Below are positions 8,910-18,441 of a DNA stretch of 64,000 nt, in pieces. Made by a program: the position numbers and the translations under genes. Numbering within the stretch: the stretch's first letter is position 1; each line of letters begins with the position of its first letter. A model generated the notes under the pieces. That model ran no database searches, was not told the origin of the DNA, and was given only the letters and a program-made list of their open reading frames with translations. This DNA is from an uncultured virus (IMG/VR IMGVR_UViG_3300011008_000092) (Duplodnaviria; Heunggongvirae; Uroviricota; Caudoviricetes): the IMG/VR virus record IMGVR_UViG_3300011008_000092, one strand, 5' to 3'.

Positions 8910-9302
8910 ATGTCTGATGTCGTTATCCTCAACAGGGCGAAGTCTCATCGCAAGGGTATTGTCATAGAGCGTAATGGTCGTATCACACTGCGCTCTCGTC
9001 CATGCCGTTTGCTGGGGCTGGAGACTGGCAGTAGGATTTCCTTTGTGGTGCTCGGACAGCAGATGTATCTACTGAAAGAGCCTGAGCCTCCCGTGAACAA
9101 AGATACGCTGCGTCTGTGTGGCCGAAAATTCCAGCTTCATTGCTGTTCTAAGGATACTGCTCTGGAAGTCTTGAAAAACGCGTATGGGGCTGGCAGACTC
9201 GATAAGGTGGAGCTGAACGTATCTCCTTCTGTGGTGTCTGTATCCATAGGGATGGATAAGTTCGATGCGCTTGCCGTTATCAATATTGTCGATAATCATT
9301 AA
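8910..9302 (+). CDS. Hypothetical protein (AbrB-like beta motif possible)
   Basis: NGRITL...LLGLETGSRISF pattern. Confidence 0.55.
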   Translation: MSDVVILNRAKSHRKGIVIERNGRITLRSRPCRLLGLETGSRISFVVLGQQMYLLKEPEPPVNKDTLRLCGRKFQLHCCSKDTALEVLKNAYGAGRLDKVELNVSPSVVSVSIGMDKFDALAVINIVDNH

Positions 9303-9356
9303 CAACAGGTGGGCTGCTGGGCGTGTCCAGGAGCCTGCCTTTAAATATAAGGTAAT

Positions 9357-12236
9357 ATGCAAAATTCTATCAGATTCCAAGGTCTTAGTCTTACTCCTGA
9401 TGAGCACTCAGCACCCAAAGGGTCGCTGGCTCTATGCGCTGGGGTGGAACTGCATGATGGCTCACTGCGTCCGTCAGTGGTCGCTGGCACTCCCGTAAAC
9501 ACACCTCTTAAGGATACCGACAACAATGTCGTGACTCTCATATACGTCCATGAGACTACTGCTTATCGGCATTTCATAGCGGAAAGAACTGCTGGCAACC
9601 AGAGTCGTATTTTCTGGTTCAATTCCGATGGCTCCTATGGTGGCATTGTCTATACCTTCAACTACAATGTCAAGCTTAGAAGCATCGAGTCTATAGGCAA
9701 TACGATTGTCATGGTGGCGGATGATGCCATTCACTATGCCATCTTCAAGGATAGTACTTATACCTACATCGGCACTCAGCCACCCTTTCTGCCACTCCAA
9801 TTCGGTGTATCTAAAACATATAAGAGCAACTATGACCGTTCCACCATCGAAAACGATTCTGACGGAACGGAATACTATGAAGCGTGGCGACAATTATCTT
9901 TCTCCGCTTCAGAAGTGTCAGAGGTTAAAAACAACGGACAAACAGTTATTTTTAAAAGCGATGCCCAGGGAGACATCACGACAGCCATGTGGGCTCTTAT
10001 CAACGAAACCGACAATAATATTGCAAAGAAAGGGCATTTCTCACGTCCGTTCATGGTAAGGTACTGCTATCGTTTGTATGACGGTTCGATGATTATGCAC
10101 TCTGCTCCTGTATATATTCCTGTCACTGGGAAAAGCGCATATAAGGTGTATTTTGAAAACGCCAGTAAACGTTATTCCAATGGCGAAATCTTCATAACAG
10201 ACAGCTTCCAGGTGATTGAGGAAGGGCATAGCCATTTTAATGTCAACAAGTTCTGTATGAGATATGAGCCTGCTAATGTAGCTCTGAGGTATCGACTCTT
10301 AAGCGAGAGCACACTTAATGCGCTGAAAACAAATTGGTCCGACATTATCAAGTCTATTGATATTTTTATCACTCCTCCTATAGTTAGTGAAGATTCATCG
10401 CAACTGATCACTTCTGCCAGAGTTGAGGACGAAGATGACTGGAAATATTATTTCGACCCGGGAAAAAAGCTTAATGGTGCTTGGGTTCAGACACCCTTGA
10501 ACAATGTCATTATAGCAGAGGTGTCTGGACGTACACTGGATAGCGAGAGTTCCATCAATGTGATATTGGACGTTCCTATGCTGTCAATGGATGCTTTCAG
10601 AGATAAAATCCGTGACCAGGCTTCCTTCTATCGTATTCATTCTTTTGTATTGGAATCAGATACAATGCAGACAGAATGGACAGAATTGCCTATAGATAAA
10701 TCAGCGGTGGAACATGTGGCAACACAGGAAAAAATGACCGATGACTACAAAACGCATAATCAGCTAATGCCTATACCGTCCAGTGATATTGTCAAGATGA
10801 ATGCTGGAGCATATATATATAACCATCGGCTTAATCTCTATGGATTGAGGGAAAAGCTCTTCAACGGATTCTCACTGGATACCATGCTTCCCTGTGTCGA
10901 TTATTGTATGTTCGGTCAAGGTGCCAGTACAACGGTGACCGCTGTGTTTGTAGAACTTCAAACTGACGAGGGTCTGAAAATTGTCAGAGTGCCCGTAAAC
11001 TCATCTCACAGCGTATGGGTTTTCCGTAACCTGCCTGTTTTCTATCCTGACTCACGGGCTACGAGAATGATTATTGCTACATCAGACTATTTTGCAGTCC
11101 TTCCTCTTAAACAATGTCCTGAGCTTAACGGTGCCATGTATGTGGGGAATTTCTCTAATAATTATGACAATACTACAATGTCTAACTATGTGCCTTCTGC
11201 CAACGATATTGTCAACCTCCCCAATAAAATATACACCTCCCAGACGAACAATCCGTTCTATTTCCCACCAGAAGGTATCAATACTGTTGGTGTCGGCTCT
11301 ATCATGGGTATAGCTGCTGCTACCCGTGCACTGTCTCAGGGACAGTTCGGACAGTTCCCATTGATGGTATTCGCAACGGATGGTATCTGGGCTTTGGCGG
11401 TATCATCTACCGGCACATACTCTGCTGCTCACAATATTAGTCGTGAGGTAGTAAGCAATCCTGCGTCCATCGTTCAACTCGACCAGTCTGTTGCCTTCGT
11501 GACAGCTCGATCCCTCAGTAGGGTTGTGGAGTCATCAGTGACTTCCATGTCAGAGGTGCTGGATGGTCCTTGGTTCGACTGTGCGACAAAACTGCCTAAG
11601 CTCGCTAGCTATTTCGATTTCCTGCCTGCGGATACAGAGGATGAACATAACTACAAGCTCATCATCCAACAGCTGATGGCTTTCTCAGACAATCCTATAG
11701 AGTACTTCCAGTCATGCCGAATATTATACGACTACGCTAGCTCTCGCCTCATCCTCATGCCTAGTGAAGCGTCTGACGATGATAATGTGGTAGTGTTCGT
11801 GTATAGCATACGCTCCGGTACATGGTCTACCATGCTGCTGCCTACACCTCTGGCTGCCATCAACTCCAATCCGTATCCATATATCCAGCGAAAGGATGGA
11901 AGCGTACGAAGGCTGGACTTGCCGTATGACTACAATGATGCTGTGCGCTATCCTGGCATCGTGGTTACTCGTACCCTGAAACTCTCTGAGGTTATCAGTG
12001 CTATATCGGGATTCTCACAGAATCATGACAGTCAGGAGAAATGTACACTCTTCCTGTATGGTTCTCACGATAATATCAACTGGAGATATGTAGGAAAGTC
12101 AACATCTATCCATTCCGACTATCTTCCTGCCCATAGTTATCGTTACTTCCGCTTGGCAGTATTCTCTAGGTTATCCACCAATGAGCGTTATATGTCTGTC
12201 ACGCTGGCTACCAAGGATAAGTACAGGAAATTCTAA
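9357..12236 (+). CDS. Large virion protein, probable tail nozzle/stabilisation protein
   Basis: 959 aa, beta-rich; conserved-looking ALSQGQFGQFPLMVFATDGIWAL block; size fits podovirus nozzle (inference). Confidence 0.55.
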   Translation: MQNSIRFQGLSLTPDEHSAPKGSLALCAGVELHDGSLRPSVVAGTPVNTPLKDTDNNVVTLIYVHETTAYRHFIAERTAGNQSRIFWFNSDGSYGGIVYTFNYNVKLRSIESIGNTIVMVADDAIHYAIFKDSTYTYIGTQPPFLPLQFGVSKTYKSNYDRSTIENDSDGTEYYEAWRQLSFSASEVSEVKNNGQTVIFKSDAQGDITTAMWALINETDNNIAKKGHFSRPFMVRYCYRLYDGSMIMHSAPVYIPVTGKSAYKVYFENASKRYSNGEIFITDSFQVIEEGHSHFNVNKFCMRYEPANVALRYRLLSESTLNALKTNWSDIIKSIDIFITPPIVSEDSSQLITSARVEDEDDWKYYFDPGKKLNGAWVQTPLNNVIIAEVSGRTLDSESSINVILDVPMLSMDAFRDKIRDQASFYRIHSFVLESDTMQTEWTELPIDKSAVEHVATQEKMTDDYKTHNQLMPIPSSDIVKMNAGAYIYNHRLNLYGLREKLFNGFSLDTMLPCVDYCMFGQGASTTVTAVFVELQTDEGLKIVRVPVNSSHSVWVFRNLPVFYPDSRATRMIIATSDYFAVLPLKQCPELNGAMYVGNFSNNYDNTTMSNYVPSANDIVNLPNKIYTSQTNNPFYFPPEGINTVGVGSIMGIAAATRALSQGQFGQFPLMVFATDGIWALAVSSTGTYSAAHNISREVVSNPASIVQLDQSVAFVTARSLSRVVESSVTSMSEVLDGPWFDCATKLPKLASYFDFLPADTEDEHNYKLIIQQLMAFSDNPIEYFQSCRILYDYASSRLILMPSEASDDDNVVVFVYSIRSGTWSTMLLPTPLAAINSNPYPYIQRKDGSVRRLDLPYDYNDAVRYPGIVVTRTLKLSEVISAISGFSQNHDSQEKCTLFLYGSHDNINWRYVGKSTSIHSDYLPAHSYRYFRLAVFSRLSTNERYMSVTLATKDKYRKF

Positions 12237-12238
12237 AT

Positions 12239-12276
12239 AAAAAAGAGCCGTACCATTCGCCAATGATACGACTCTT
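12239..12276 (-). terminator. Intrinsic terminator of the minus-strand late operon
   Basis: 15-bp stem with two G-U pairs on the minus-strand RNA, 4-nt loop, then U tract. Confidence 0.7.
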
Positions 12277-12339
12277 CAAACCAATAACTAACTACTAACC
12301 TAAAAACTATGAATTATCAACTAAACATTATTACTGCTT

Positions 12340-12909
12340 CTAATAGAATGTTGGCCTGCGCTTACCAAACTCCTCACGGGCGTTCAGGTCGGTCACAATC
12401 TGAGGATAGTCAACCTCAGCTGCCTCCTTGGTGTATTCGGCTGCTTTGTCTGCGTACTGATCCTGCAGGAAACGACCCATCACATAATCCACTACATACT
12501 TGTGCATGTGGCTCTTCATACCGTCTGTTACGGCTGTATTGAAATTTGGAATAGCCATAGTAAGCACAATCTGCTCATAGGTGATGGTATCAACCTCATC
12601 GGTATCCTGACCACCCTCTTGTTTAAAGGTCACACTGGCTACCAGACGCTCCAGATTGTTGTTGTCGCTGGTACGTCCTGTAGTAAGCCAACGCTGGGCA
12701 GCAATCTTTACGTTACCGAAAGCTTCTGTTACGGCACGGCAAATGATACTGCGTGTCTCATCACTGTCAGGACTGGCAATATCAGCACGGATGTCAGCCA
12801 TTGCCTCTTCCTTCATTCCCTTGCTGATAAGGTTACACTTAGCAAGGATGTCGTTACAAACCTGTTCCAGGTCAAACGTCAATGTAATAGGGGTCTTTTT
12901 TGTACTCAT
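12340..12909 (-). CDS. Putative head-tail connector/adaptor-like virion protein
   Basis: Helical protein; HKYVVDYVMGRFL resembles QEYIVHSIIAGWL in the neighbouring gene. Confidence 0.5.
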   Translation of the reverse strand: MSTKKTPITLTFDLEQVCNDILAKCNLISKGMKEEAMADIRADIASPDSDETRSIICRAVTEAFGNVKIAAQRWLTTGRTSDNNNLERLVASVTFKQEGGQDTDEVDTITYEQIVLTMAIPNFNTAVTDGMKSHMHKYVVDYVMGRFLQDQYADKAAEYTKEAAEVDYPQIVTDLNAREEFGKRRPTFY

Positions 12910-12929
12910 AATCGTAAAAATATAAATTG

Positions 12930-14339
12930 TTAATATTCATCCCACCAATGCCCATGACAGTCAAGTCCAAAACCGCTTCCACTATAGTCAATATCCTCGT
13001 GTCTGCGTGGTCTGCGACATTCGTCCTCATGACGCTCTCCACCTTCAAGAATACCGATTCCTTCTGCTCCCTTGGCAGAATCCTCAGTACGTTCTATGGC
13101 AGTGGTAGCCTCATCTGTTGGTTTCTGACTGTCCTGTATCTCGTTACGCTCGTCAAGCACAAGTGTATTGTCATCTGCCTTTCGGCTGTCAGAGGTACGC
13201 TCATCCTCGTGAACTGTTGAGCCGTCCTCTGCCTTCTCTGTGTCAGATGTTCGCTCTCCTGTTGAAGGGGTAGCCTCATCTGTTGGTTTCTGACGGTCTG
13301 AGTTTCTGCTGGTGGTCTCGGCAATAATGCCTGCATCGGATTCTTTGTCTGTGTCTGCTGTACGGCTACCTTCTGTCGGAGCAATCTCATCAGCAGTGGG
13401 TTTGGCGGTATCTGAGCTACGCTCTCCAGCAGGAGATACTATAGCCTCATCAATAGGCTTAACATCGTCTGACGTGCGACTTTGCTCTGATGGAGCGACT
13501 TCATAACCTGTTGGTTTCGTTTCGTCTGACGTGCGCTGTTCTGGTGACGGTGCTACGGTTTCGTCTGTAGGTTTGGAGGTGTCACTGCCTCGCTCTCCAG
13601 CAGGAGATACTACGACCTCGTCAACAGGCTTGGCTTCATCGGAAGCACGATTGCCCTCAGCTGGTGCTATGTCATCGACTGTAGGCTTGGAGCTGTCACT
13701 TTGTCTGCTTGATGGTGTCGGAGCTACAGTTTCATCAGTGGGCTTGCTTGTATCACTGCCTCTGCCGGATGGACTGAATGCACCTGACTCTTCAATAGGC
13801 TTATCAGTGTCTGCGCCTCTCTCACCTGCAGGAGTGGCTACTTCTTCATCAGAAGGCTTCTGTGTGTCTGCGCCACTCTGTCTGGTGGTTTCCGCAAAGG
13901 CAAACTCTCTATAGAGAATGATGCTCTCCAGGGAAGTAATATCTCCAGCTGCGATTGTCAGATAGTCTGGAGCTTGCACCTCTCCGAAATCACTCAGCCA
14001 TCCTGCTATGATGGAGTGAACGATATACTCCTGGATTTTGTTGCCTACCAGCCCTGTCAGTTTCCTGTTCCAGCGGTTGTCAAGCTTCAGTGTGATGCTA
14101 TAGTCCGTTCCGTCGGTCTGAAGGTCAAACTGGGCAGAACTCTGTTGCATCCATTTCATCATGACCTGCTCCAAGTCTCCGATGGCTGTTCTATACCAGT
14201 AATCGAGTTTCTGACGGTCTCCTTCGGATGCCCACATCTGCTCAAAGCTGATATTGGTGCCATGCTGGGCGATAGTGACGCTCAACATTTCAACGGCCTT
14301 CATGACCTTATCCCTGACTATCTGTATCGTAACTTTCAT
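12930..14339 (-). CDS. Connector-like protein with about 15 acidic ~19-aa tandem repeats
   Basis: Start MKVTIQ at 14339 just after a TAnnTTTG promoter element; repeats RxSDxxKPxDExVAP. Confidence 0.7.
   Translation of the reverse strand: MKVTIQIVRDKVMKAVEMLSVTIAQHGTNISFEQMWASEGDRQKLDYWYRTAIGDLEQVMMKWMQQSSAQFDLQTDGTDYSITLKLDNRWNRKLTGLVGNKIQEYIVHSIIAGWLSDFGEVQAPDYLTIAAGDITSLESIILYREFAFAETTRQSGADTQKPSDEEVATPAGERGADTDKPIEESGAFSPSGRGSDTSKPTDETVAPTPSSRQSDSSKPTVDDIAPAEGNRASDEAKPVDEVVVSPAGERGSDTSKPTDETVAPSPEQRTSDETKPTGYEVAPSEQSRTSDDVKPIDEAIVSPAGERSSDTAKPTADEIAPTEGSRTADTDKESDAGIIAETTSRNSDRQKPTDEATPSTGERTSDTEKAEDGSTVHEDERTSDSRKADDNTLVLDERNEIQDSQKPTDEATTAIERTEDSAKGAEGIGILEGGERHEDECRRPRRHEDIDYSGSGFGLDCHGHWWDEY
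13020..13885 (-). repeat. Coding tandem repeat, about 57 bp unit, about 15 degenerate copies
   Basis: RGSDTSKPTDETVAP occurs twice exactly; SPAGER/TPAGER three times. Confidence 0.85.
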
Positions 14340-14342
14340 ATT

Positions 14343-14389
14343 GCAAAGATATATATAAGATGTTTCAAGGCAATGATAAATTACGCAAT
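14343..14389 (-). promoter_or_regulatory. Late promoter copy 1 (ATTGCGTAATTTATCA-N22-TATCTTTG)
   Basis: Shared motif plus Bacteroidota -7 element. Confidence 0.75.
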
Positions 14390-14392
14390 CCA

Positions 14393-14947
14393 TCAGAAAT
14401 CAACAATGAGTGCTGCACCTAACCACACGTCGAATTTCTGTGATGTCAATCCATATCCAGCTCCAACAGCAGGACGAATTTTCACCTTTACTACCTGCTT
14501 CCTCTCTATGGTCTTAGTGATGGTACGCTCAACTGTTTTCTGTCTTACCAGTATAGAGTCCAGCTTAGGATACACGTCATACCTCAATCCGCTAACGTAA
14601 GCCGTATAGGTGGAATCGTCGGTGTATTTTCGCTGAACAATATCCAATGTCATGTTAAGATTTTCGTCTTTTTTTGCTATATTAGCGGTGCCATGTATAG
14701 ATTTTCCTGTTTCTTTTACATGATTCTTTCCAGTGTTTGAAGAACTGGAATGAACAGGAAAGGTTGCATGTCCGACGGTCTTTTCATCCTTCACGGAAGG
14801 TGCAGTATCTTTCACCTTTATTACCTTTTCCTTATATACGGTGTCGCTTTTTACGATATCCGTCTTGAGATGCCGGTACATACCGATGTTAAGGCACACC
14901 GACACGGCGAACATGAAGATTATTAATGCAAATATAAATTTTCTCAT
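14393..14947 (-). CDS. Membrane-anchored lysis accessory (spanin-like) protein
   Basis: N-terminal TM helix, DTVY repeat-like stretch, C-terminal GAGYG...GAALIVDF; follows endolysin. Confidence 0.55.
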   Translation of the reverse strand: MRKFIFALIIFMFAVSVCLNIGMYRHLKTDIVKSDTVYKEKVIKVKDTAPSVKDEKTVGHATFPVHSSSSNTGKNHVKETGKSIHGTANIAKKDENLNMTLDIVQRKYTDDSTYTAYVSGLRYDVYPKLDSILVRQKTVERTITKTIERKQVVKVKIRPAVGAGYGLTSQKFDVWLGAALIVDF

Positions 14948-15591
14948 AAGCCAAATTCCTTTGCAAAACGACGATAATAACACTTGCGCTGGGAGATGCC
15001 AATCAGCCCACCATTGACTTTCTTAGTGATACGCTCCACTACCTGCTCGCCCATGGTACCGCCATCGTCGGTGTCGGCAATGGCATTAAGTCCGTAGCGT
15101 TCCCAGAACCAGAGGGCACTGAGTTGGTTCAACGGATAGTCGGCTACCTTATCAGGATGCTTAATTACATCTTCCGTACATAGGTCGAAATCATTGAAGA
15201 GTGCATAATTCTGTCGCCCTGTCAGCCCTATATACCCACGTCCCCGATACTTCCATCCGTCGCCAGAGGCTTCATCTCCATTCCCCATGCGATTAGCATA
15301 CACGAAGTTGGCAAGTTTCTCAGGGTTATGTGCATACCGCTGAGCGAAGGCAAGGGTTTTGAAACGTGATGGCCATACCTGCATCAGGCGCTGTGCGGAA
15401 TAGTTCATGTTCTCACTGGTAGCCGTCAGTGCACCGCTTTCTGTAAACACCTGGGCGAGGTAATGAACGATGCGCTGCTTGGTGGTAAGTCCGAAATGGA
15501 CGGCATACATATTGAAGGATGCTACGAACTCGTCAGCCTTACTTTTGTTCAGGCCGTAAACGGCTCTCATTAATTGTGCTTGAGTTAGCAT
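14944..15591 (-). CDS. Endolysin, glycoside hydrolase family 19
   Basis: HYLAQVFTESG, YANRMGNG, GDGWKYRGRGYIGLTGRQNY and ITKKVNGG motifs. Confidence 0.92.
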   Translation of the reverse strand: MLTQAQLMRAVYGLNKSKADEFVASFNMYAVHFGLTTKQRIVHYLAQVFTESGALTATSENMNYSAQRLMQVWPSRFKTLAFAQRYAHNPEKLANFVYANRMGNGDEASGDGWKYRGRGYIGLTGRQNYALFNDFDLCTEDVIKHPDKVADYPLNQLSALWFWERYGLNAIADTDDGGTMGEQVVERITKKVNGGLIGISQRKCYYRRFAKEFGL

Positions 15592-15593
15592 AG

Positions 15594-16091
15594 TCAATTA
15601 TCGTCTTTATCAAGAATAGTTCTCTGCTCTGCTGCTTCCTTTTTCTGTGTATCGAGATAATCCTTCAGATAGGGTATCTTCTCGATAAACTTGAAGCGGA
15701 GAATGAAGTAGAGAGTATTAACAACGTGCCAAGGTGCCGTTTCATCTTTGAATATCTTCTTGCAGTTGCGAAGGATATTAAGTGCATAGAAGTATATTAC
15801 AAGGTAGGTGATAAACGATACGCATTGCACTGAACCTCCCATCTGCCTTTTTAGCCTGCCTATAACATAGACGGCAGCGCAAAGGATGAAGAAGATTGCA
15901 GCGTGACCGACACATACAAGAGCCTTTTTCAGCGAGAAATCTTCGCCCTTGACCATATCCGAAAGGTAGCCAAACAGGAAGTTGAGGAAGAAAACCAGGA
16001 ACAGGCTCTGTAATTCACTCTCTATCGGCTCCAAATAGGCAAGGATAGCCAATACTATCCCCACCGCCATGTTCTTAATCTGCTCTATCAT
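15594..16091 (-). CDS. Putative holin
   Basis: Several TM segments, basic C-terminus, immediately upstream of endolysin. Confidence 0.7.
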   Translation of the reverse strand: MIEQIKNMAVGIVLAILAYLEPIESELQSLFLVFFLNFLFGYLSDMVKGEDFSLKKALVCVGHAAIFFILCAAVYVIGRLKRQMGGSVQCVSFITYLVIYFYALNILRNCKKIFKDETAPWHVVNTLYFILRFKFIEKIPYLKDYLDTQKKEAAEQRTILDKDDN

Positions 16092-16372
16092 AATATCAAA
16101 AGAATATAAGAGTAAATACAAACGACTGTATTGGCTATTATATCAGCAGCCCAATCAGCAGCTTCTGACGATCCTTTCTTGATCTCGTCGTAAATCTCTT
16201 TACCAATACCAAGCGCAAAGCCTACTCCCCACCCATAGCAGCACGAAGCGATATTGCTAAAACCAAAAGCCTTCAGAAGAAGGATGGTAACGGCAACCGT
16301 TACAGAAATAAGCATAATATGCAAGAGCTTGTCTTGCGGGATATTGACTATCCAATTCCAAATCTTTTTCAT
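16088..16372 (-). CDS. Small membrane protein (DKLLH...KEIYD...DWAAD family)
   Basis: Three hydrophobic segments with conserved-looking charged motifs. Confidence 0.6.
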   Translation of the reverse strand: MKKIWNWIVNIPQDKLLHIMLISVTVAVTILLLKAFGFSNIASCCYGWGVGFALGIGKEIYDEIKKGSSEAADWAADIIANTVVCIYSYILLIL

Positions 16373-16377
16373 AGCCT

Positions 16378-16866
16378 TTAACTTTGAGTGTTGGTATTCT
16401 CTTCCTGTCCGTACTGACTCCAATCAATACCATCCTTCTCCTGATAGCCTGCTGCAAGACACTGCTGTTTCCATACGATACAGGCATCGTTGAAGGCTTT
16501 CATATCCTCTGCCGTCTCAAAGGTATGGTAGATAGGTGTTCCGTCCTCCTGCTCACCGATTTTGAAGGTGGCGGGCACTACTGCCTGCGAGAAGTTCATC
16601 TGATTCTCCTCCGACAGCCACACGGGATTGCCGTTCCATACGAAACCGCTTACTATCTTCTCTTTCACATGGGCATTGATGTCGGCAAGGATGGCTTTCT
16701 TGATGTCTGCGAATGAGAGTTGCGCACACTGCTTCTTGTAGAAGTAAATCTCGTACCACTCGTAATGGTCTTTGTCTAACTTTGTCAGTCCATAGCAGAC
16801 TGCGATACGACTGCCATCTTCTCTAACTGGCGAAAAGTCGCTCTTCTTTCCTGTAACTTTGTTCAT
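16378..16866 (-). CDS. Tail-fibre-associated protein (DUF4376-like)
   Basis: GFVWNGNPVWLSEENQMN motif; position after fibre/DGR module. Confidence 0.55.
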   Translation of the reverse strand: MNKVTGKKSDFSPVREDGSRIAVCYGLTKLDKDHYEWYEIYFYKKQCAQLSFADIKKAILADINAHVKEKIVSGFVWNGNPVWLSEENQMNFSQAVVPATFKIGEQEDGTPIYHTFETAEDMKAFNDACIVWKQQCLAAGYQEKDGIDWSQYGQEENTNTQS

Positions 16867-18067
16867 AATCATTACTTTTTAATATGTTATAGTATTTATA
16901 TCTGTCTGTTATCTTAGTCATTCCTTCATCGAAGATTCCTATACGCAATATCTCCTTGGTCATGAATATACGTCGGCAAAGGTTGTAGGATGAGCTGTGC
17001 ATGAAAATTCCAAGATAGGAATTGACGCTTCTCAGCACCTTCCAAGGTTTCCGGTAGTCGAACTCCTGTATCTTCTTCAAGATACGCTGTAAGGCATGGT
17101 TGCTGATATAGGTACGATAGGGTTTGATGTATGTTCCAAGAAACTCCACTCCATGATGCACCTCCGATATTTCCAGTTTTCCCATGTGCAAGTCCAGTCC
17201 TAATTCCGTACTGAGGAAGCTGCGTATCTCTGGAACCAATGACAATAGCCATTTCTTGTCTGACGAGACTACGGCTGCATCGTCCACGTACCTGCCATAG
17301 TACTTGCATTTCAGCTTTCGCTTCATGAATTGGTCGAACACGTTGAGATAGACGTTGCTGAAAAGCTGACTGGTCAGATTGCCAATAGGTAGCCCAAGCC
17401 CTGGCGCAAGATGCAAAAGGCTCTTGGCGGGGTCTAAGCCATCCCAATTCGACAGGTCTCCTACAATGATGCAATTCTCCTTTGGGTCGAGCATGACTAT
17501 TATTTCTGTCAGCCATATCACGAAGTCCATATCCAGCACGTCGTTCCACGTTCTCATGGAGCCTTTGTTGATACGATGTGTACCTAACCTCCTGAGTGTC
17601 GCCACAGCTATCTCCAGCAATCTCTCTCTTACTATGTGCATGAAATAGCCTCTGATGTCCAGGTGCATCACATAGCACTTTCGCTGCCAGTTCTGACTCT
17701 CCTTCCTGCAAAAGTCCGTTATTCTGCCTATGCCGTAGTGGGTGCCACGTTCCTTGATGCAACTGTAGGTGTCCTGTATGAATGTTCTCTCGAATAGCTG
17801 ATGGGTATAGTTGAAATACAGGTGATGTACGATACGGTCTCTGAACATCGCTGCAAATATCTCCCTCTTCTTGGGATATTCCACTATGAAGCATTTCGAG
17901 GGCTGGGGCTTGTAGCTTCTGGTGAAGAGATCTTCGCACAGACTCTCCATATTCTCCTTCAGATTCATTTCCCACTTGCGGACATACGAGCGTTCTACCT
18001 TGCAACGACGGGCGCAATAGTAGGCAACATACAGGTCTCGTAACAGCTGCTGACGTATTAATTGCAT
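16823..18067 (-). CDS. DGR reverse transcriptase
   Basis: KKREIFAAMFRDRIVHH, HLDIRGYF, GLPIGNLTSQLFSNVYL (DGR-type GxxxSQ) and RYVDD; likely start MQLIRQ at 18067. Confidence 0.95.
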   Translation of the reverse strand: MQLIRQQLLRDLYVAYYCARRCKVERSYVRKWEMNLKENMESLCEDLFTRSYKPQPSKCFIVEYPKKREIFAAMFRDRIVHHLYFNYTHQLFERTFIQDTYSCIKERGTHYGIGRITDFCRKESQNWQRKCYVMHLDIRGYFMHIVRERLLEIAVATLRRLGTHRINKGSMRTWNDVLDMDFVIWLTEIIVMLDPKENCIIVGDLSNWDGLDPAKSLLHLAPGLGLPIGNLTSQLFSNVYLNVFDQFMKRKLKCKYYGRYVDDAAVVSSDKKWLLSLVPEIRSFLSTELGLDLHMGKLEISEVHHGVEFLGTYIKPYRTYISNHALQRILKKIQEFDYRKPWKVLRSVNSYLGIFMHSSSYNLCRRIFMTKEILRIGIFDEGMTKITDRYKYYNILKSNDYEQSYRKEERLFAS

Positions 18068-18101
18068 AGAAGATAAGTAAAAGGATGACCAGAATTGTGT
18101 G

Positions 18102-18276
18102 CTGAACCGCCCGACCAGCAAAGCCGTTGAACCGATTGTTGTTGTTCTGAGGGTTGACCCCACCACTGTTGAAGTTCAAGTTCCGACCATTCGTTGCGGA
18201 GTTGAGCGATGACGACCAGTAGTTCCCGTTCCCGCCACGGTTGTTCCATAACGAGCCATTGCCGTTTCCAGAGCAA
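18102..18276 (-). repeat. DGR template repeat (TR), 175 bp
   Basis: Non-coding copy of VR1 with 17 AAC/AAT codons; 3' flank (IMH*) CACACAATTC differs from VR flank TAACATCTTT. Confidence 0.96.
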
Positions 18277-18441
18277 TGAAATAAGGCCATTCGGTCACTG
18301 CCTTTCACTACCACACAAAGGGATTGCACCGGGCAAAACCATCGGGTATCTTGCCTTTTTCCCGCACCTCCTGAAAGGTGAAGGACGAGTGACCTGTGAA
18401 CATCTTTCTGAACCATCCTTTTGAAATAATAAATGATTATA

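Noticed and set aside
13020..13885. Possible CRISPR array
   Set aside because: Repeats are degenerate, in-frame and coding, with no unique spacers or cas genes
16823..18067. RT as group II intron, retron or Abi RT
   Set aside because: GxxxSQ motif and adjacent TR/VR with adenine-only mismatches identify a DGR
16926..18416. 496-aa ORF spanning TR and overlapping RT in another frame
   Set aside because: TR is naturally open in the target frame; the rest is an off-frame shadow of RT with no recognisable motifs. Its length is notable, but there is no support for translation
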